A stretch of DNA of 64,000 bases, taken from Patescibacteria group bacterium (lineage in GTDB: Bacteria; Patescibacteriota; Patescibacteriia; Patescibacteriales; UBA12465). The position numbers and the translations under genes are program-made. Within the stretch, counting starts at the first letter, position 1, and the number at the start of each line of letters is the position of its first letter. Below, in pieces: positions 53,949-61,500 of the stretch. The notes under the pieces were generated by a model. It did no database searches. It saw only the letters and a program-made list of their open reading frames with translations, and was not told the DNA's origin. Location of the stretch: assembly GCA_041651095.1 (NCBI GenBank), contig JBAZJV010000002.1:43621-107620 (forward strand), read 5' to 3'.

Positions 53949-54818
53949 TTATTGGGCCATTTTGAGCGTATCGGCCGCTTTCATCAGTTTGCCGGTCCCG
54001 TTCGGATTGTAGCCATTCTTGACCTCCGCCCCGTCCAGATAGCCGTCATCATCGCTATCGGCGCTCAAAGGATTGCTGTGATAGATTTTTACCTCTTCGT
54101 AATCACTTAAGCCGTCGTTATCCGTATCGATGACATTGATATTCGTACCGACCGCTTGCTCCTCAGCGTCAGTCAATCCGTCGCTATCGGAATCGATTAG
54201 GGCAACGGGGCCGGGATTGACGGTGCCATCAGAGGGAGCGACATTTGCCGGACTGGTCGTGGCCGAGGTATTCACGCCCGGGATGCTGGGAATGGCTTCC
54301 GGCGTATTGACGGCCGTTTCGCCGCTGGTCGGCGTGACGAATGAACCGCTGCCGGTCGGCGTGACGGAAGTTGAGGGCTGAGACGGGGTGACTTCCGGAT
54401 TGGCGGCCGTCTGGGTCGGATTCGTGACCGTACCGGCAGCCGACGGATTGGCCGTCAATTCAGTCGAGAGATCCGGGCTGGCCTTAAAAAATTTACTATA
54501 CACCAAATAAGCGCCTAAAATAACGATGGCGGCGATAACGGCAATCAAGCTGATCTTGAACCATTTATTGCCGAAAGTTTTTTCGGCCGCCTCTTCCACC
54601 ATCCCGTCGCTGGCAGTCAAGCCGACCCGCCGGGTGTCAATGCCGATATTAGCCGAGCCAACGCCAACTGGAGCGCCGGGAGTGATCGGCGAACCGGGCG
54701 CAGCGGGAGCGGGGCTAGCGGGAGTGTTCGCTCCCTCCGGATTCCGGTCGGTTTCGGCGAAAATATCATCTACCGGCTGCTGGTTCTGACGATTGGGGTT
54801 ATTGAGATCGTTAAACAT
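53949..54818 (-). CDS. Membrane-anchored extracellular protein with three thrombospondin-type-3-like repeats
   Basis: 289 aa with a TM helix (WFKISLIAVIAAIVILGAYLVY) and a Pro/Thr/Ser linker. It has DSDSDGLTDAEE, DTDNDGLSDYEE and DSDDDGYLDGAE. Confidence 0.5.
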   Translation of the reverse strand: MFNDLNNPNRQNQQPVDDIFAETDRNPEGANTPASPAPAAPGSPITPGAPVGVGSANIGIDTRRVGLTASDGMVEEAAEKTFGNKWFKISLIAVIAAIVILGAYLVYSKFFKASPDLSTELTANPSAAGTVTNPTQTAANPEVTPSQPSTSVTPTGSGSFVTPTSGETAVNTPEAIPSIPGVNTSATTSPANVAPSDGTVNPGPVALIDSDSDGLTDAEEQAVGTNINVIDTDNDGLSDYEEVKIYHSNPLSADSDDDGYLDGAEVKNGYNPNGTGKLMKAADTLKMAQ

Positions 54819-54892
54819 ATTTTTTCCCTTTATTTGTAAGTATCTTAATTATAACTAATAACCGCCGGCTTGGCCAGGCTTCGCCGGCCGAT

Positions 54893-55210
54893 TTAACGGA
54901 TCGGCGCCTGCTGGCGCGGACTGATCGGCGGTACGGCGGCCGGATCAGTCACGATATCAGCATCGGAACTGATAATCTTATAAACGCTGATGTCGCCGCC
55001 GGCTTCCCGGGTGATCACTTGCGCTTTCAAATCAGCCGGTATGTTGAAGGCGGCTTTTTCCTGATCGGTCATAAACTCCACGGCCGGCAAGGAGCCGACC
55101 GGCGGCTGGCCGGCGCGGCGATGAAGCCGGCCCGACCAAATTAAGATCGCCAGGATAATGATCAGAATGAGACCGCCGATCAATATGGCGATTCGATGTT
55201 TATTGTTCAT
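54893..55210 (-). CDS. Small N-terminally anchored protein
   Basis: 105 aa with an N-terminal TM helix (IAILIGGLILIIILAILIW). Confidence 0.4.
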   Translation of the reverse strand: MNNKHRIAILIGGLILIIILAILIWSGRLHRRAGQPPVGSLPAVEFMTDQEKAAFNIPADLKAQVITREAGGDISVYKIISSDADIVTDPAAVPPISPRQQAPIR

Positions 55211-55222
55211 ATCTTTGCCTGA

Positions 55223-58200
55223 TTATTTCGTCTTCGTACTTGGCGAGCAGATTTTCCCCTCAACCCAGACGCCGTTGACGCAATTATCCGTATAATAACC
55301 ATTGTAGCCGCCGCTACCGCTCACCGTACAGGCGCGGGTCTTAGTGTCGGCGCCGCAATTGATCGTACCGCCGCAGCCGTTATTATTCTTGGTGCCGCAG
55401 ACATAGCCCAAAGACGGGCAGGTCGGCTGGGCCGAACAGGAACTGGCATCGACCCATTTGCCGCTAGCCGTACAGGATTGTTTTTTGGTACCGTAACAGG
55501 TGCCATAGGTACAGGCGACCGTGGTCGAAGTCGGGCCGCAATACAAGGTGCCGGCATTAGGCGCGCCGTCACAGCCGTTATTATAGCCACTGCCGCAAAC
55601 ATAGCCCTTGGAAGCGCAGGTGTCCGGCGTACAGACGCAGAAAGGGGTGGAAGTCGTATAGCCGGTGCAATCGCTATTACAGGGAGCATCACCGCTAAAA
55701 TGGCTGTTATGCCAAAGCGTCGCGCAAGATTTGGTCTTAATCTTATTGCCGCCGGACAGACAAGCTGTGCCATTACCAGTATTGACGCAGGTGCCGCTGC
55801 ACTGTGAGGCCCCGTTGATCTTCATTTCCGCCACCAGGTCCGAGGTATTGAAATTTTCTCCTTCGCAGCGGCCGATTTGTGACGTCTGACCATTCGGTCC
55901 GACATAAGCGTCGGATTTCGTGCAGTAGCCGGGACGCGGGTCGCTGGTGTCGCAGTTACCGAAATAGCCGCCGCTGCAACGTTTTGTGCCGATGATATGG
56001 CAAAGGCCATTATTCGGGAAAGTCGCTACTAATTCGCCGCCGCTATAGGCCGGATAATTATAGTAAATGCCATTGGAACAGGCGGTTTGATAATTGTTGT
56101 TATGGCTATAGCTGCATTGGCCGCCCGAGCAGGTCTCATTGGTGCACGGGTTATTGTCATTGCAATCATTTCCGGAAGAACACCTGGCGCCTAGGCAATG
56201 GCCGTCAACGCAGCTCTGGCTGCTGTTGCCGCAAAGCCCGCAGGAACCGCCGCAACCGTCATCGCCGCAGCTCCGACCGAAGCAGTTGGGCACGCAATTA
56301 TTTTCCGTAATCTGGGCCTGGCAACAGTCGCTGGAACAGTTGTCGCAGGTTTCCATAGCCGCGTTATTTATCTTGGCCTGGCAATAGCCGTCGCCGCAAT
56401 AGCCGCCGCCCTTGGTCGGGGATTTAAAGACGCATTGATCATTGCTGAGGATCGGAAAAGGGCGAGCGGAATCGGCCGTGGTCTGGCAGCCATATTGCTG
56501 ATCGATGCGGCTACTGGCGGCGTCGGCGGCGATCGATGCCAGGCCGTCGCAATCTTCATAGCCGTCATTATACAGGCCGCCGCGGCCCTCCGTATTCGGT
56601 TCCTGCCGGATGCCGTCGCCGCAATAATTATTGATTTGAAAAGAAAGCTTTTTCTCGGCGGCGGCGGCATAGTCATTGGTCACCCGAACGGTCACGTTCG
56701 CGCTCGTCGTATAAGCCGAGCTGCCTTTCAACCATTGATTAGTATCCGTCACGAGGCGGAAGCCGGTCGGCAGGCCGGTTGCCGTGTAGTGTAAAGATTG
56801 ATTCTCCTGCTGGAAAGGGCCAAGCTCGCAGGTATAAAGCTGATCGACCCGGCCGGCCGGAGCACAATTGAAATCCAATAACGGCACCGTTGCTTTGACC
56901 GTGATCGTGAAACTCTTGCCGGCAGTATTGCCGAGACTGTCGGTCACTTGCAAATTGCATTTAAAATCCTGATCACGGGTGAATTGCTGAGAGGCGGGGA
57001 TCAAGCCGTCATACTCTATCCGATATTTACCGGTGCCGATCAGGGTGACGGTCTTCTGCAGGCCGCTCAGCGAATTCAGCAAGTTAAAAGGGCTGCAAGA
57101 GACCGTATAAGAAGAAGCGCTGACGTTGCGGCCGGAAAAAGTAAAGCTGTATTTAAAATGATCAACCCGGTTGGCTACATATTCGGCGTTATCCGCTTCG
57201 ATAGAAATCATGGAAGAAAGAATCTTGATCGGAACGGTCGTCGCCAGGATGCCGCCCTGGCCGTCGCTGACATTGAGATTAATATTATAAGTTCCTTTGG
57301 CGCCGGCTCTGGCCGCATAGACTTTCTTCTGGCCGCTACTGCTGGTATTCTGCAATACCGGGGCGGCACTCCAGCCGCTCCAACTAGTCCCGCTGGTACG
57401 AAGAGTCCAGACCAAAGGATTATTTTCCTTATCTTTGACCTGGATATAGCCGTTGAATTCCTGGTTTACCTCGCCGGTGAGCGCCAGGCTGACCAATTCG
57501 GGCGGCGTATTGTTGGCATAGCCGCTGCTCCCGCCAATACCGCTGACGGAGCAAGTGGAAGTAGCCGGATCATTAGGGGAAAAATGGTAATTAAGGGCTG
57601 GGGCGCGACTCTCTAAGACCGCGCAGAGATTATATTTAGAGCCATTCGCGTCAGTAGCATAAGCTAAGGCATAGCTGTCGGCCGGCAAAACTAATTGGCT
57701 GGCACCGGCCGATTGATTATTGAAAAACCGTTTGGCGGCTATGCTCCAGCAAGTCTGCCGATCGTAGCCCGGACAAGAGCCTAGCCGGTTGATCGGATCC
57801 TGGAACGATTGGGGCATGGCCAGATTCGTCAGCAATTCCTGGGTCCAACTCGGCCAGACGGACAGGCTGTGGCCGGACAGATAGCTGCCGGAGTTTAGTT
57901 GCGGATAACGGTTATTGGTTTTCTGGAAATTAGCCAAGGCTTCTTTGATTTCTTCCAAACGACCGACCCGTTTCAAATCGCGCGTCACCTTTGATTTCAG
58001 GCTGTCGCAAAAATAATTGGCGGGGCAATCCGAGTCTACCAAGCAATATTTGGCGGTTTTTAACTGACAAGAATTGGCGTAACCGCTGCTGCTGCCGGCC
58101 TTGACGCAGAAAGAATCGACGGGGCAATCAAGGTCCGTATCGCAGCCCAGAGCGGAAATAGAACAACGGGGCGAGGTGCTATCCGTCAGATTGCTGTTGA

Positions 58201-58594
58201 ATTTCCAATGGCTGATGATCTGCCCCAGGATATCGACGGTATTGGGCACCGGATCCTGATTATAAGAAATCAGATAGATATTGGAGTAGATGCTGTTGGT
58301 ATCTTGATCGATGTTGGCCGCGTTGACATAGACCGTCCGGCCGTCCCTGATTGCCTCATAACCGTCGACCAGCAGGGATTGCGGCGAGCCCTGGAAGCCC
58401 TGACTTTCATACCACCGGGCGATGCTATAATGATTCGGATTGGGAATCACCCGAACGGCGATCGCATCCTGGTTGCCGACGCCAACCCCGGAATTAGTCG
58501 CAGCCAAAGAGGACCGCAAAGTCATCAGCAGCCAGGCTAAAACCAAGACGGCTAAAATTAATCGGAAGCTATTTTTCCCCATATATTTAATCAT
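55223..58594 (-). CDS. Large secreted cysteine-rich protein (Myxococcus-type Cys-rich repeat and CGxDGCGGxCG modules)
   Basis: 1123 aa with an N-terminal signal/anchor (FRLILAVLVLAWLLMTL). It has YCGDGIRQEPNTEGRGGLYNDGYEDCDG and CVPNCFGRSCGDDGCGGSCGLCG, plus two tandem C-terminal modules (TC.S.GYVCG...NGC.G...CG). Its start overlaps the upstream gene's stop by 8 nt. Confidence 0.6.
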   Translation of the reverse strand: MIKYMGKNSFRLILAVLVLAWLLMTLRSSLAATNSGVGVGNQDAIAVRVIPNPNHYSIARWYESQGFQGSPQSLLVDGYEAIRDGRTVYVNAANIDQDTNSIYSNIYLISYNQDPVPNTVDILGQIISHWKFNSNLTDSTSPRCSISALGCDTDLDCPVDSFCVKAGSSSGYANSCQLKTAKYCLVDSDCPANYFCDSLKSKVTRDLKRVGRLEEIKEALANFQKTNNRYPQLNSGSYLSGHSLSVWPSWTQELLTNLAMPQSFQDPINRLGSCPGYDRQTCWSIAAKRFFNNQSAGASQLVLPADSYALAYATDANGSKYNLCAVLESRAPALNYHFSPNDPATSTCSVSGIGGSSGYANNTPPELVSLALTGEVNQEFNGYIQVKDKENNPLVWTLRTSGTSWSGWSAAPVLQNTSSSGQKKVYAARAGAKGTYNINLNVSDGQGGILATTVPIKILSSMISIEADNAEYVANRVDHFKYSFTFSGRNVSASSYTVSCSPFNLLNSLSGLQKTVTLIGTGKYRIEYDGLIPASQQFTRDQDFKCNLQVTDSLGNTAGKSFTITVKATVPLLDFNCAPAGRVDQLYTCELGPFQQENQSLHYTATGLPTGFRLVTDTNQWLKGSSAYTTSANVTVRVTNDYAAAAEKKLSFQINNYCGDGIRQEPNTEGRGGLYNDGYEDCDGLASIAADAASSRIDQQYGCQTTADSARPFPILSNDQCVFKSPTKGGGYCGDGYCQAKINNAAMETCDNCSSDCCQAQITENNCVPNCFGRSCGDDGCGGSCGLCGNSSQSCVDGHCLGARCSSGNDCNDNNPCTNETCSGGQCSYSHNNNYQTACSNGIYYNYPAYSGGELVATFPNNGLCHIIGTKRCSGGYFGNCDTSDPRPGYCTKSDAYVGPNGQTSQIGRCEGENFNTSDLVAEMKINGASQCSGTCVNTGNGTACLSGGNKIKTKSCATLWHNSHFSGDAPCNSDCTGYTTSTPFCVCTPDTCASKGYVCGSGYNNGCDGAPNAGTLYCGPTSTTVACTYGTCYGTKKQSCTASGKWVDASSCSAQPTCPSLGYVCGTKNNNGCGGTINCGADTKTRACTVSGSGGYNGYYTDNCVNGVWVEGKICSPSTKTK

Positions 58595-61500
58595 GGATAT
58601 AGCATTGATTGGCCCAATTACCGTCTAAATAGCGGCATTTATTGGGATCGACTCGCTTAAGGCAGCCGGCCGTAGCGCAATAGGGATAGGCGCCGGCGTC
58701 TTTGATCGTGCCGGCGAACCATTGGCTGCTGGTACTGATTATGGCATCGTCATTGCAGAGCGCCGCGGCGTTTGGTCCGACATTCAATTTCACCAAGCAG
58801 GCCATCCCGTTGGGTAATTCCGCCAAACTGGCGGCCTGATACCACCAATTGTTAAATAAAAGCTGATATTGACGGCTATTCACGGTAATAGTCTCGGCCG
58901 TATCGCGCTGCAAGCTGAATTCGGCGGATTTTCCGCTTTCATTCTTATGGCTATCCAGAGCGGACAAGGCAAAATAGTGCGCGCCGACCACCAGCTGGTC
59001 CAAGGGATATAGCAGATTGACGGAAGAAACGGCGGCATCGAATGATTCGCCGTACTGTCCGGCACTGACGCCGTGATACAACCGATAAAAATTCGCGTCA
59101 TCGGTATTATTGAGCCAAGAAAACTTCAACTGATCGCCGATAATCGCCGCGTTCAAACCGGTCGGCGCCACGGGCGGCGTCCCGTCGGTCGGCGTTACCG
59201 TCTTTTCGCCGGTCAACTGCGTCTCCGTTCGGTTAGCCGAAATGACGGTCGCCTTGAAAACATAAGGGGTGTCGTTGGTCAATCCGCTGATGACGGCCTG
59301 GCAATTATTCAGCGCGCCGCTCGTAGTACAGGCTTGGGCAACCTTGAATTCTTGGCTGAGCATGCTCCCCTTGCCGGATTTTAAATAATAAATCTTATAG
59401 GCGGCGGCCTGGCTGGAATCGGAGGTCCATTCCACCTTGACGGCCCCGCCCGTCCGCTGATCGACGGCATTCGTGAACGCTCCGCCGGCCGGCAGACCGG
59501 CCCGGAAGAAATAAGATTCCTTCAGGACATTCCACAAACAGAGGCCGTCCGGCGCGCCATCGCCATTTTGATCCGGGCCGCAGGCGCCATTAAGGACCGG
59601 GCAAGGATTACGGTCGGAACTGCAAATCAGGTTATTGCTGGTACCGCGGACGACGGCCTGATCAATAATGGCCGGCAAGTCGTCCAAGGTGCCGTTCGTG
59701 CCGGCATCGCGGCAATAATAGAACTTATAATTATAGCTGCTGCAATTGCCGGAAGTCGGTAAACAATTAGCGCTATTATCGACCCAGGGCTGCCATCCGC
59801 CGTCCGCTCCGACGGGCGGCCAGGGATTATTGCACAAGAAGACATAAAGATCGCTATCGGCGTTGAACCCATTACCGCCGGAATAGGCGTTACAACAATT
59901 ATTGCTGCAAGCGGCGTCTTGGCAGGAGCAGTTACCGCTGTTGCAAGCGGTGGAGACAAAGCGCGTCATGTCGATAGTCGCCGTCAGCTTGGTCTCCCCG
60001 TCGACCACCCCGCCTCGCACGGTCACTAAAGCCTGGTCGGCCGGCAGGCCGGCGATCGGCGTGATGGCTGCGATATCCGGGTTATCCACCGCTAATCTCC
60101 AATCCCAGAAATAGCCGGTCACCGGTTGCAAGAATTGGCCGTCGGTACTATAAGCCTGAGCCATGAAAACCTTGTCCCGGTCGGCCGCGGTGTCGAAATT
60201 AGCCTGAGCCGGATTGCTGTCATTTTCATTCAGATCATTATCCGTCGTCTTGAACAGATAGGAAGCGGGCAGCACCGCAACTTTATCGATCGTACAGATG
60301 CCGGCGCTCGGACTCTGATCGGATAAAGTAGTGAATTTGATGATCTGGGAATTAGGGTAGCTATGATTATTGAATTTGAGATCTTTCGCCGGCGTATAGG
60401 AGCTGAGAGCCGCGTTGTTGCCGTATCCCTGGCCGTTAAAGCCGATTTCCGCCGCGCTTAAAACTCCGCTCTTGCTATTAAGATTCTCGTCGCCCTTAAC
60501 CACTAAGTAATAATTGACGGCCGGGGCCAATAATTTCTGCGGCGCGAACGCTAAGACCGTATGGTCGCCGGCGTTTTCGCCGGAGACCGTGCCGGGCACG
60601 GCGCAGTAGAGCTTGCTGGCGCTGGGCAGGACATCCGCCAAAACTTGTCCGGATAAGCGCCGAGCCAGATAGCGGAAAGTCGATCGGAATTGATCGGCTA
60701 AACGCGCCAGCCAACTTTTATTCTTCTGGGCCAAGATATCGCTGAGCGAATCGCCGCGGGCGACGAAAGTGCCGGACGGACAAACACCGCTGCCATAATT
60801 GCGCTCTTCCAGCAACAGGACGTTGCTGCTGAAACTGGAAATATCCATCAGTGAATCAAAGTCAATCTTAAGGAGCGCGTTGCGGCAGACCTTCTCGGCC
60901 AGATGAGCCGGCGAAGTGGTGCTGATGCGCGGCCGGGATTGGCAGCAGGTATCCGAACCGCAACCGATGGTCGCTAAAGTATCCGGGCCGCATTGTTCAT
61001 CGCTGGTGCAACCACAATAGAGGCCGCGGCTGGCGCCGGTGCAGGCTCCTTTATCGGCCAAACATTTCCAGACGATGTTCGGATCGAAGGGCGAAGTGGT
61101 CGTTGATCCGGGCTGGCAACAACAGGTGCCGCAATCCGGCGCCGCGACGCCTAATTGGCCATCCGGGCCAAAGCAGGCGAAATTGGGAAAATTACATTTC
61201 TCGCTGGCGCAGGTGGAAGTGGCTTTGCCGGCGCAGGATAAGCCGGGTCCGCTGGGTGGATTGACACAATAATTAGTGCAGGATTCAAGACTATTGTAAA
61301 TTCCGGTCGCTACCGGCGTCGAAGAGGCGCAGACCGGCGCGCCGGTCGGGCCGACCGCACACTCATAGTAAGCGCAGTAGCCCTGACTGTCGCCACCGGT
61401 AATCGGATTGCCTAAGCGGCACTTGGCGGCGGCATCGTTCTTGGCATCGAAACAGCAATTACTGTGCTTCTGGCATTCCGCCAGATCAGTAATGCCGGTA

